Shown piece after piece: positions 11,084 through 23,320 of a stretch of DNA of 64,000 bases; the stretch's first letter is position 1; every line of letters begins with the position of its first letter. The notes under the pieces were generated by a model, which saw only the letters and a list, made by a program, of their open reading frames with translations, searched no databases and was not told the origin of the DNA. The stretch covers positions 523,368 through 587,367 of the forward strand of contig RHPI01002533.1 in NCBI GenBank assembly GCA_009103225.1. The letters run 5' to 3'. Source of the stretch: Chlorokybus atmophyticus (Eukaryota; Plantae; Mesostigma and Chlorokybus algae). The translations under genes were made by a program, and so were the position numbers.

Positions 11084-14000
11084 ATGGGAGCGAAGCGGAA
11101 GCGCAAGCTTCAGGCAGCTAGGCAACCCCCCTCTCAATCAGCGCCTGCCTTGACTTCCGTCGGGCTGGACGCGGAGGATGTGCTGGCGACGGATTTGCGA
11201 CAAGGGGAGTTTGACACAGGCGGGTAAGCAAGCAAGCTGACAACCAACAACAGAAATTCGTGCATGCAATAGCATCATGAGAAGAAACTCTATGACTTGT
11301 TCGTTTGTTCCATCTTCTAGGTCCTACGTGTTTACACTACTGTCGCCCAAGCAAGACGAGATCAGAGTCAGAGTAGCGTGGTAAAGCCACCTTTCTACTT
11401 GGCGCGAGCTGCATGTTCGTACTCATTCACTCGTTGGTTCATTGGGCCTTACTTATTCATTACTTATGTGCATGCTGTCGCGCTCGCATGCTAAGTGGAT
11501 ACAGGTAGTGTCGTAGTGCAATTGGCATGCAAACGTGTTACTTCAATGGTTAGCGAGACAGATAGCTGTTGATGAGCAGTTGTTGTTACAGCACAGCAAT
11601 TACAAGTTTACGCTTTTTTTGCGCCGTACTGGTGCCATGCATGTCCGTACTGTTTAGTGTGCTGAGCTCTGCTTTGTTCCTGCCGTGCAGCGCGGACTCC
11701 AATGCATTGGTGCTGCCTGCGGCCAAAAGCACTACTCACAGAGAGTCTGAGGTCAGTTGAAGTTGTAGCAGCACATGTCAATAATTTGCGTGAGATGCAC
11801 GCACCCATGTCACACAACTCAGATCAAGGTCCTTCGTAGTTGCAAGCCAACGTGATTACTTGGTGTCCAACCTAGTGCGTGCGCAGAAACCGAATGCGCC
11901 ACTGAAGCTTAGCAAGAAGGCAGCCCGCAAACTGCGTAAACTTCAGGTTAGTCAGCTGTGCTGGTACTGCGTTACATCCACCAGTGACTACGCTGTGGCG
12001 TATGTGCTCACGCCACTTGGTGTGCACTGCAGGAAGAAGGCGAGCGCAGAAAGCTGCGAGCGGAGGCATACAGCCTGCTATCGTATCCGACCTAGTTTAT
12101 CCCTCACATGCACAGTCTCATTAGTCATGCACAACACCATATGCAGTATTTGTGGTGCTAGGGCACTTAAATCGCCTGCACGAGAGGAGATCGCTGCATG
12201 CGTGTGTGCGTGCGTGCGAGCATTTGGTGTTGGGCAGACTTGAGGTCGCACGTGTTGTACAACTTGGCATTTACTCGATTGTCTTACACCATTCTGGCTC
12301 GGGCACACAGTATACAAGTACGTATACCTTGACCGTGGACTTGCAGCACTCACAGCTTGACGCAGGAGCAGCAGCAGCTGTTGAAGCCGAGCTCCAGACG
12401 TGGACAGGTTCGCATCCTAGTCATGTTACTTTACATTATTGTTTAGTTGTAGCGCACTCACTGTGTCGAGCACACCATGTGTTTGTAAAGCGGCTCAGTT
12501 GTAGGCAAGTTGAGTTCTCAAGCATGTGCTGGACAGAGTACGTGTATGGTTAGACTCGAGCCTGTTTCCGTTCGATAGCCAACATATGATGTCCCTTTTG
12601 TGCAGGAAGACACCGTGAAGGAAAAGCTGCGGCACGCGCTGAAACTGGAACGTGCTGGCGTTCCTGTACCAAACACGCTTCTGACTCGCAAGCGCACGAG
12701 CTCTCCGGATCGTGATGAGACAGCACAAAATGACAGGGCGCCAAGTACAGAAGTGGACATCCAATGCACTGCTGACACCCAACAGGTGTCAAGCCCACCT
12801 AACAAACTACTCGCAATTGGCGCACCCTCAAATGGACAAACGGGAAACGGGTTGGGCCACCAGGAGCGTGCAGCCAAGAAGCAGAAGTCTGAAACTGATA
12901 TCAATGTTCCCGCGAGCACAGTTCGGATGGTGAAGTGTGCGCAGGATCAATCTGAGCGATTGGCAGTAGCTGTTAACCCATCTGCACAAGTAGAAGCCCA
13001 GGTTACACCGCAGCGCAAACGTTGGCGGCAAAACCGCAAGAAGAAGGCTGCTGCTGCAGGAAGCGAAGCCTATGTGGCGCCAGTTGTGAAGCACGAGCAA
13101 GAAGAGGACCATATGGAAGTGCAGGTTGCTCCTGCCGCTAATGTTGCGCCCGTTCAACGTGTCAAGCAGGAGGACACTGCTCAGGTGGCACGTCCCGCAC
13201 AAGGTAGTCATGCCCTTGCTTGCATGCTGATTGGCACTGACCAGTTAGACATTGATGCCCCATAGCTTGTGGCAATTGTGTGTGTGGCTTTATGTATTTT
13301 GGGCAGTTGCCTAGTAAAACATGCGATTGTCTCGCATCTCATCTGCTGTGCTGTCTCTGTAGGCCCGGCCGTGCGCAAGCCTGTATATGTCAAGCATGTG
13401 CAACGTCCTGCTGAGATAGAGGAGGCGCGTGCTGGGCTTCCTATCATTGCGCAGGAGCAGGAGATAATGGAGACTGTCAACGACAATCCCATATCCATTA
13501 TCTGTGGCGAGACCGGCTCCGGCAAAACAACACAAGTGCCGCAATTTCTATATGAAGCTGGTTATGGAAGCCGCGATTGCGAAGCTCATCCAGGCATCGT
13601 AGGTGTTACGCAGGTCAGTACTTAACACATATCCATGTTTGGCAAAGTGCATGGTCATCCATTGTGTACCTCCATGAGTTTGACTTATTGTGGTTGATAC
13701 ACCTGTTGTCATTTATCTGTTGCTTGTGTGGCTTGCAGCCTCGTCGGGTTGCGGTTCTGGCTACTGCGCGGCGTGTTGCGCATGAGCTTGGTCTGCATCT
13801 GGGCAAGGAAGTTGGGTTTCAAGTCCGCCATGACCGCCGACTGGGCCCGGATGCCAGTATCAAATTCATGACGGATGGCATCCTACTGCGAGAAGCTCAG
13901 GCATGGACTTGAAGTTTCCATTGTTTTGATTGGGTTTCAAGTCCGCTCACCGTCATGTTGATTCTCATTGAATGTCGTTGCAGTCAGACCTGCTGCTGAG

Positions 14001-17000
14001 GCGGTATTCTGTGATCATTATCGACGAGGCGCATGAACGGTCTCTGAACACTGATATCCTGATTGGCTTGCTGTCTCGCATTGTCCCACTGCGACAGGTA
14101 ATCAAAATGATTGATACGTTGACATTCCTCCTTTGCATGTCATCATGCTCGTTGCGATACAGGTTTGATTTGGTGCTCTGCAGACCTTGTACAAAGAGCA
14201 GTTGGCAAAGTGCTCCCCTGGTCGTATACCTGAAATACGCCCACTGCGACTGGTCATCATGAGTGCCACATTGCGAGTAGAGGACTTTGTGCAGAACCAG
14301 CGCCTGTGTCCAATCCCTCCACCTGTTTTACGTATCCCTGCCAGGCAGTACCCCGTTACTGTGCACTTCAACCGCAGAACCGAACTGCACGACTACATTG
14401 GAGCTGCTTTCAAAAAGGTGTGCTGCCATTCTTGCTGATAGTACTTGGGTGGGCCATAGGCTGGGTAACTGCGCGCAAGCTCCTGGTTTCCGTGCACGTT
14501 GTGGCTGCTTTGAAGCAATGTCCGGTTAATTGCATTGCAGGTTTCTCAAATACACCAGAAGTTGCCGGATGGTGGCGTCCTGGTGTTTGTCACGGGGCAG
14601 CATGAGGTCGAAAGTTTGTGCCGACGCCTTCGCCGCGCCTTTCCTTATGGCAACAACAGGAAGGGTGCAGCCAACGTTGCTGAAGACAAAACGGTGGTTG
14701 ACGCGGAGACTCTGGTTGCCGCTGACGGTGATGAAGACGTTTATGATAGGCAAAATCACTTTGATCTTGACAGAGGGGATGAAGACGATGATGAGGCTGC
14801 ATACGGCACAGACAATGAGGATGCCATTGATGATGACGCAACAGTTTCAACAGACGATGACGAGGTCAAGGATGCAACTGAGAATGCGAAACCCACAGAG
14901 ACACTTCACGTTGAAGACATGGCCAAAAAGGGGACTGACAAAGAGCCGGGTTCGCTACATGTCCTGCCGTTGTACGCCCTGCTGCCTGCTGCCAAGCAAC
15001 TACAAGTATTTGCGCCTTCACCTGCCAATGCACGCCTCATCGTTGTTGCCACCAACGTCGCAGAAACATCCATCACTATCCCTGGCATCAGGTATTGTTC
15101 CGTTCTGTTCATGGCGAGGCTTCTTGCATGGCCGGTGCTGAGCGGAAGGTGCTCTGGATCTGCGTTTGAAATGGTCATCACTATGTGTGCACAAGAAGGA
15201 ATACGTTATCATTGCAGGTACGTTGTTGACACTGGGCGGGCCAAGCAGCTCAACTGCGATCAACGGACCGGCATGACAACATTCAAGGTGGACTGGATTA
15301 GCAAAGCCAGTGCCGACCAGCGCGCTGGTCGCGCCGGGCGAACAGGCCCGGGCCACTGTTACAGGCTGTACTCCTCCGCGCACTACACGAACAACTTTGC
15401 TCCATTCGCGCCTCCTGAGGTTGAGCGCATTGCCATCGACTCTGTTGTCTTGCAAATGAAAGCCATGGGCATTGAGAAGGTGAGTCATATACACAGCAGT
15501 TTGCACTTGGGTGAGGCCTTCATGGCATTCTGCGATAGCTTGTGTGACAATGCTATATGTGCATGTTAGCAATAAGCACTGGACGTGTGTGACAACTAAC
15601 ACATGAATGAAGGTGGTCAATTTCCCATTCCCCACTCCACCAGAGCGCTCAGCCCTTGCAGCAGCAGAGTCTACACTCCAAGCCTTGGGAGCCCTGAGCG
15701 CCGCTGCATCGATGCTCACTCCTTTAGGGAAAAGCATGGCCGCTTTTCCCGTCAGTCCACGCCATGCTCGCCTGCTTTTGGCAGCCACAGAAGGTGCAGA
15801 AGTGGGAAGCGCACAGCATTTGGAGTTGCTGTCACTCGCTGTCGGTGTGGCAGCAGCACTGAGCGTGGAGAACCCGTTTCTGAGGGACATACAGGTGCTT
15901 TTTGAATGCATCTTTGTTTGCGCTTTATGTCAAGGTCCCTGTGTGAGAGCAAAAGCCTAAACACGCACGTATTGCGGGTGATATGTCTGGCAACATACTG
16001 AATGCAAACTTTGCAGGTGAAGCCAAAGACAAAAGCTTTAGGCGAGGGCAATGATGAAGAAGCGAATGGCACAGAAAAGGAGAAAGAAGAGGCCAAGAAG
16101 CAGAGTGATCGTGCAAGACAAGCGCACAACAAGTTCATGAACCACAACAGCGATGCATTGTCGGTGCTGAATGCGCTGCGCGCTTACGAGGCTGCAGGGG
16201 CTACTACGGAATTCTGCCAACGGAACTTTCTGCACGCCAAAACCATGCACGAAATGCATATGCTGCGGCAGCAGCTTGCGCGCATCGCAGTGCAGCAGTT
16301 TGCGAGCACATCAAGCGCCACTGCTTCAGCTCAAGAAGCATTGTGCTCCATTCCTGTGCCAAAGCGTGCGCAAGAGGCTGTGTTGCAAAGAGCTATATGT
16401 GCGGGGTGGGTCGACAGAGTGGCGAAGCGCTTGAGGGTGCATGAGCGACGCACGGATGATGTGGAGCATCGGCGAGCAGTGCGCTATCTGTCTGTGGCAA
16501 GCGCGGACACGGTTTACTTGCATCCTTCCTCTGCGCTGGCCAAAGCATGCCCTGAGTTTGTCGCCTACAACGAGCTGGTTCAGACATCCAGGCCTTACAT
16601 GAAGACAGTGACGAGCGTGTCACCCAACTCGTTGTCACACTTGGCTCCAACCCTGTGCTCATTCTCTCAGCCATTACCAGAACCATCAGCCTGGTACGAC
16701 GGCGCATCAGATGAAGTTAAGTGTTGGGTGAGCGTCACGTTTGGTAGACATAACTGGGAGCTTCCCCTGCACGCGATTACGCATCCCGATGCTGCCCAGC
16801 GCACAACCATATTCGCGGTGGCATTGTTATCGGGCTCAGTGTTGCCTTCAATACAGCACATCGCTCAGCATTATGCTTTGCAACCGAATGCTATGCTACA
16901 GGCTGCAGCGGCAACACAACCAAGAGTGGCAGAGTTGCTGCATGCGCTGGAAAAGGCACCAAGAGTAGCGGGGGTTGTAGCATTGAGTCAAAGATGGACT

Positions 17001-17135
17001 GCAGACAGGAGGTTTCTCTTTCCCCAGCTGGCGGCATGGCTCAAACCCAATCAACGCGCAGGGCTGACTGCGGTGTGGCCCAAGTTGTTGGAGGAGGCTG
17101 CAGCCAGAGCAGCTGAGCTTGCTAGAACTTGCTAG
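11084..17135 (+). CDS. DHX37: DEAH-box RNA helicase DHX37/Dhr1 (40S ribosome biogenesis), multi-exon
   Basis: N-terminal [16 protein letters not shown]..., [106 protein letters not shown], then HA2 and OB-fold. The 5'-most exons are less certain. Confidence 0.92.
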
Positions 17136-18129
17136 AAATTGCATGATTCCCCTTGGAGTATTGGTGTGGTTTGTGTGCATGATGAATGTGCACAACGAAC
17201 GTGCATGATGTTGAGATTCCTGGCAAGGCAGCGGCAGATTGTGTGCGCTGCTCAACTGTTGTGGTGTTTTTATGCCAACATGTTGCCGGGTGACACAATT
17301 GACAAAAGGCACACTAATGCATACTGCCATAGCATGGTAGCATCACCGACTGTGGCTGGATGATGGATGATCTGCGGAGTATGAGCTGTTATTACAGCAC
17401 CGTCACTTATTTGATTTTGTCCACGCCAGTACTGAGCTCTCGCAAGTGGAATAGCAGCACGCCAATTACCCTGGATGGTCCCTACAGTCGTCCCTTCTCG
17501 AACACCATTGAAATTCAAAAACCTGCGGGTGACTGTAGGAGGCAAAGCGCACCACCTGCAGTGCATTGGCAGCTCAAACGATGCCTTGATGGGTCCAACT
17601 TGCGTGTGCGGCAAAACTGTGCTCCCAGCATTACCCGCGGGTTTGCCGGGTGAGTCACCACACGGCAGTGACCGCTCCCAGATATCGCGCTGCTGCAGCA
17701 GTATGTTCTGACGGCAGGCGATATCGAGCAATGATGGTAGCGGATATGAAATGGCAAACGTCGCTGCGGTACAGGCAGTGTGACTCACTGTGTGAGACGG
17801 AGTGCAGGGGATGGTTGCGGCAACGGCGGCGGCGACGGCGACGGCGACGGTGGCAACGAGATATGCTACGTGTGCTGGGTAGAGTGGTGAGCCCGGCTGG
17901 CCGAGGTGGGTGGATGCCAGCATGGTTGAGAAGCTCCCTGGCTTGGTTTGCGTGCTGGCTGCAACAGACGCGAGCGTGAGCATAGGCTCTTCCGGCATGA
18001 TTATGCGCGTGGTTGGTTTTGACCTTGGCTGCGTCGAATTACTCAATTGACTGCGTTCTTTTACGCTCATGCAGACCGTTGTTGTGTTAAGGTACAAAAT
18101 GGTCTGGGCTCAGCCATGCTGCCCGTGCG

Positions 18130-18697
18130 TTGCAATCAACGCTGACGGCAGCAGAGCTAACCCGACCTCCAACGGGCAGTAAAACTCAGCAGGCGGATGA
18201 TCAGATCGGCAGCAGCGAGTCTATCGAGCCTTCCAGCACATCGGCTCCCACGTCTGTGCCCATTTCAGCGCAACCCAGTGTAGCTCCGCCAGACGCAAGC
18301 ACTGAGCCGCCGGTTGACACTCAGCAGCGGGTATCACGCATGCAGGAGTACTTGAGCAGGTGGGATGGTCGCACCACATTGACAAGTCCGTTAGCCTGTA
18401 CTTGTGCATGTGACTGGTACCTGCATATGCGCTTGCGCGCGAGCGCGTGCGCACAATAGCACCTACACAGGAGTGTGTGCGGTCACTGACTTTGTGTGTT
18501 CATGCCTCTATTTGCTTGGCAGGTACACAGAAGAGCATGGCGCAGGGCAATACTTGCCGCCGCCTGAGACTTTGCACCGTCTGTACGGTGGCCACTTGTC
18601 AACTGCAACCAAGGTTGTTGCGCAGTTTGCCAAGGAGTTGCCTTCAGAGCTGCAAAGACAGTCTGAATTAATGGAAGAGGAGGCAGCAGAGCCGTGA
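18130..18697 (+). CDS. Possible exons of an unidentified protein
   Basis: Two open blocks (P/S/T-rich ...RVSRMQEYLS and YTEEHGAGQYLPPPETLHRLYGG...) are joined by a plausible GT-AG intron. No family was recognised and the upstream exons are unresolved. Confidence 0.3.
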
Positions 18698-19415
18698 GGC
18701 TATGCATCACATTAGGCAGGCAGCAACCTGATGGCTCTGCTATCGATTGTTTCAATTAGTTGACGGTTACAACATGACACGCGTGGCGCTTACCGTCATG
18801 TTGGAGCACGGACATATCCCCAAGTGTGCTCTCATTGCACCAGCTGGAGAGCATGCTTTGTGTACATTAGCAGGTTCGTTTAAGTGTGTAGGTTGCTGTA
18901 TGGTGTAGATAGGCATAAGAGTGTGTGCAGACGGCTGGCATGCTTCAAGTGCAGCCAGCTGACTGTGCAACATCTCTCTTAAGAGTAGATTGGTTCTGTT
19001 ACTGACTGCGACCATATGTGTACAGTGCTACATTTTGTTGATTCTGCAGACTTAGGTTATTTGGTTTGGGTTGTTCCATGGTGAGCAGAGAGTTCACCGC
19101 ATCATGTACATTGAAGTGCATGCGCCCGACTAAGGCACTGTCTTTGATGGTGCATGCTTTGACAAAACACACGTTTGCCCTGCCATATACAGCACAAGCC
19201 ACTGCAGCTCAGTGAAGTACTGCCTGTCTCACTCCATTAGGGCAATGTGACATTATGTGCTCATGCCAGTGTCGCACATAATTCAGCCTCGTGACTCGAG
19301 ACAATTCCACCACAGTAGCATAGATGCACGCACGTGCATGCTACAACTGCACAAACCATATACACTTGCAGGTTGCAGCTTTTTACATCAAAACACTGTT
19401 GTTGAAACACATCAA

Positions 19416-20266
19416 TTATTCAAACTTTTTCAACACAGCGAGGTCCGCTAGCATGGCCTCAATCTCGTTATCCTTCATTTTCTTGGCCAGGCTCGGCACC
19501 AGCGCCTTCGCCTCTTCCACAGAGTCTGGCGCAAGGTTCCCAATGGCCGCCTTCTCAAAATTGTGCAATTCTCTGCTAGATAGCTTCATCCAAACCTACA
19601 GCACCGTGACCGTATGGTTGAGTACAATGCTTCTGCACAGTTTGACTTGCAAGGAACAAGCAGGTGTAACAAGACAAGTACCTGATTTGCGGTTTCTTTG
19701 TTGGAGTAAGCGCTGAATTGCTTAACATAATCCAGAGATTTCGTCAACGTTTGCGGTATCTACGTCACAGCAGACAATACAACATCTGAGTACGTGCACA
19801 AGCTCTTCACTGCATGCACAGTCTCATTGTATCATGCATTGTGCCAGTGCCACTGGTGTCATGCAAAGTCGCATGCTGCTGGTAAGGCAATGCTATGCTA
19901 CTGTAACACTGCAAAGTACTTGACATAGCACGTCCGTCACACAGTGTTAGGTATACTATATTATCAATTGTGCACACAAACCTACTGTTTGACATATATG
20001 CACACATGTGCACACATGCGCGTGTGCAGCTGCATGCGTGCTATGATGTGGGAGTCAGAAGACGCATGCCGTGCGCACGACACGACAAGCTCTTTCACCT
20101 GTTGTTCGGACTCGGCGTTCGTGTCCCTGAGATGTTCAACCCTCTTCGACAGCAGGAAGTTGACTTCGGCGTTCATGAGGCAGCGGGCGTTCTGGAACAA
20201 CTTCGGGAGCTTCAGCTCCGCGGCGTCCTCCTCCTCCTCCGCAGGGACATGAGTCCTGCCTGCCAT
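19416..20266 (-). CDS. RPB4: RNA polymerase II subunit RPB4 (3 exons)
   Basis: EEEEDAAELKL..FQNARCLMNAEV; KSLDYVKQFS; HNFEKAAIGNLAPDSVEEAKALVPSL..IEAML.DL..LKKFE*. Confidence 0.92.
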
Positions 20267-20634
20267 GCTGTGCCACAGCGCAGAGCTGGGCAGAATTGGA
20301 TCAACTCTGAGCTCTGCAGCCAATCCTTGCCACTGACATGGTGATGCAGGGCCACGACACCTCGCCCGACCACCTCACCGCCACCGCATCCTGCCGCCGC
20401 CGCCGCTGCCGCCTTATAAGCTTCGAGAATGCAACATTTTCAGCCCTAATTCATCTCGATATCGAGCACTTCCAAATCTATCTACGCAAGTCTGATATCG
20501 CAGCGATTCCAGCCGCCGCCTTAGGGTTGCCGCTGCCTCTGTAGTGGGCCTCTCTGTCGTCGTCGCCGCCGCCGTCGGCGCAGCGGGTGTTGGGGTCGGC
20601 GCCGCTGGCACAGCGCTACATACAGTCGGCGACA

Positions 20635-21559
20635 ATGGTAAGGCCGCCTGCTGCGTGATTTGTGCTTGGCGGCGGGGTTTGCCGTGTGTGTGTGGTGAGC
20701 TGAGATCAGGGTTTCCAGCTGCGTGCGTTGCGAGCGACTGTGGTGTTGAGTGTGTTGTTTGCACGGGACCTAGCAATTGGGATTGTCTGTTTTGGCCATC
20801 AAGTGTTGTGGCTTTGCTGGTCCGTCGCTTTCGTTCAGCACTTTCTCCACCAACCTCGTCTGATTTTGATCAGGCAAAGGCTCTGTTCAAAGAATGTGTG
20901 CAAGTAGCTCTATCTTGTTACTCTACATTTTGAATACAAAGTCGGTGTTGACGGCGCGGTACAGACTTGCCAAAAGCTCGTGAACTAGGCGCATGTGTTG
21001 CTCATATCACCTGTGAGTCGGTTGATTAGGTTATACGGCGAATTCCGCTGTTTTGCATACTTATGTATGTATCCGCAGTTGACACCTGATGTTTGTTCAT
21101 TTACCGCAGCCGAAGCAGATCAGCGAAATCAAGGATTTTCTGTTGACGGCCCGCCGAAAGGATGCGCGGTCAGTCAAGATCAAGAAGACCGGCGATGTGA
21201 CCAAGTTCAAGGTCCGCTGCTCAAAGTACCTTTACACCCTGTGCGTCACAGACTCCGACAAAGCTGACAAGCTCAAGCAATCCTTGCCCCCTGGTAAGCT
21301 GCGTGTTCATGCACCTGTAAGAAGTATGCTTTGATGGAGGGCATACAGGTGCATCTGCCGAGCACAACATTCATCTCCGCCATTGCAATTCACTTGGTCA
21401 AGTGCCGTCTCAGTTGAAGTTGCACAGGCGTCGTTAGAGCTGCGCACTATGTTAGCAGATTATTTTCTGGCACTGCTGTTCCATCCATTTCGTCAGTCAT
21501 TGTGCTGCGTATGCTTACCATTGGTGATGGGTGCAGGTCTTCAAGTTCAGGACATTTAA
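20635..21559 (+). CDS. RPL38: 60S ribosomal protein L38 (eL38); first exon is the ATG only
   Basis: ATG|gtaagg (20635-20637). Exon 21110-21293 reads [26 protein letters not shown]...[27 protein letters not shown]. Exon 21537-21559 reads GLQVQDI*. Confidence 0.96.
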
Positions 21560-22169
21560 ACTCGCATTGGGTGGTGCAGTTCATGCGCTTTGGCATGGAA
21601 CCTCATGATTGCAATGTGCTTGGTTCATGACAAGGACTGAGTTGTGCTTGATTGTGAACACAGTAAGTATTTTGCTGCTCGCTGATTATATGGCCGGTAC
21701 AGTTGTTCGCACCCAAAACAGCTATTGTGCGCCCCCACAATCATTGCGGTGCTGCATTTACAGTTCCATTTGGCGGTAAAGGTGAGATAGTGCCATCAAC
21801 AAGATCTTCGCCAGACTCAACATGCACAGTAGATCGTCATGGCTATTGCACTCGCGCTCAACAGGCTGTCACTGACCCTGCCAGCAAGCACTCTTCCAAA
21901 CTCACATGCTGATTGGTAGCTGTCACCAGCACTGCATTTCACGTGTCACCAAAAACGGGTAGGCTTGCATTCAGACAAGTTTGCCCCAGCTGGGCCCTGT
22001 CACAAGGGTCAACTTGTTTACGACACTGTTCTTAGCACAATATGGATTGTGCTAAGCACACAGTCACATGCACAGCATTGCATATTTTCTACACTGTCAC
22101 AAACAGGGTGCGGTATCAAAACTCGCTCTTCATATATAATGTCAGACGGCCACAAGGTCGCAGCGGCAC

Positions 22170-23320
22170 AGCCATAATGCTAACACAACAACACAACTCC
22201 ACCACACACAACGCGAAGACAAGACACATGACAACACAACTACGAACGCTAGTGTGCATTAGCTACTTAGGCCTCACACCAAGAGCACTGCCACATCGGA
22301 CAGGGTCGTCATAAGAGCACGTCGCGGTGGCGGCCAACCCAGAACTGCACACACGACCGTCGTCGCTCACTCCAATAGAGCCACTCCTTGAGCTTGCTGT
22401 AGTGCACAAGCAATTTGCTACCTATACATGGACACGAACCCGGACATACGTGTCGTATGCCCCCGATGCTGAACTACACGGCGCGTGCAGTTAGTAATCA
22501 GCTCGCGGAAAGAAGCTGCCAGGGTATCAAATGTCTCCACTGCTAAAGGAAAGAACTTGTCTCCCGCCGCGTGGTCACCGTACTTCCTACACTTCGCCAA
22601 CTCCGCTGCACGCGCTCCTCCTCCCGACTGAGCGCTGCATGTGGTCAAAGTGGTGTCATGTAGTAGGCGACGGTTGTGGCCTGGCTCCAAAGCCACCAGG
22701 TCCAATCGGCGTCCCTGGACCTATCCGGGCAGGATCAGCATGAAACCAGATTGCTCCCTGCTGACTGAGTACCCCGCCTCCCGTAGAGCATGATACACCT
22801 CATCACGCAGGGCGTCGTGCGTGCCGTGCGCTGAGGACCAGAAGAGCAATAGGTGAATGCCACGACCATCCGGCAAGGCCGCACCACAGGCGCAGAGCCA
22901 TACATGAGCTAGCATAGGGTGAGGTAGGCCTAGCAACAAGCGCACCGCCGTACGAAAAACAGGGCTGGTCAAGCGCAATGAAGGATACAACGGCATCGCC
23001 AGCAGCCATGCACCTGCTCCCAACCCCGATGCCAACTACAAGACGTGCGATAAAGTGCTTTGTTGCCTCAGTCACCAAAAGTTGCACGAGTAAGCCTGTC
23101 CTACGCCTGTGATGTCCTGTTGAAGCGACCGTTACTGCACGTGCGCCGGTGTCGAGAACGGCTGGATGGTGTGCTGCACTGTCGGGAAGCAAGGGCAGGG
23201 CTAAACAGATGTCGAACTGAAAGCGTAAGGTGCCGGACGCCACGGTATCACTGGCGTCGGTAAAGGGAACAGAGCCAGCCACAGGAGCGAAGCGGCGTCG
23301 TAGTAGTGCTGCAGCTACAG
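22170..23320 (-). pseudogene. CRE/Zepp-like non-LTR retrotransposon, copy 1: 3' fragment (zinc finger + restriction-like endonuclease) with GT-rich tail
   Basis: GAGAWL..P....L....FRTAVRLLLGLP, C.CG, HDALRDEV, REQSGF, RMDL, D.T, A..AE..K..KY, FFPLAVETF; clearly homologous to the ORF at 26443-27747. Confidence 0.85.

Noticed and set aside
14526-16861. Long antisense or alternate-frame ORFs over DHX37 (e.g. 15018-15911) and similar ones over other genes and TEs
   Set aside because: They are shadow ORFs of GC-rich coding sequence with no recognisable motifs.
20638-21109. Possible H/ACA snoRNA in RPL38 intron 1 (ANANNA near 20890 and ACA near 20925)
   Set aside because: I could not build two convincing hairpins with the ACA box outside a stem, and found no C/D box pair.
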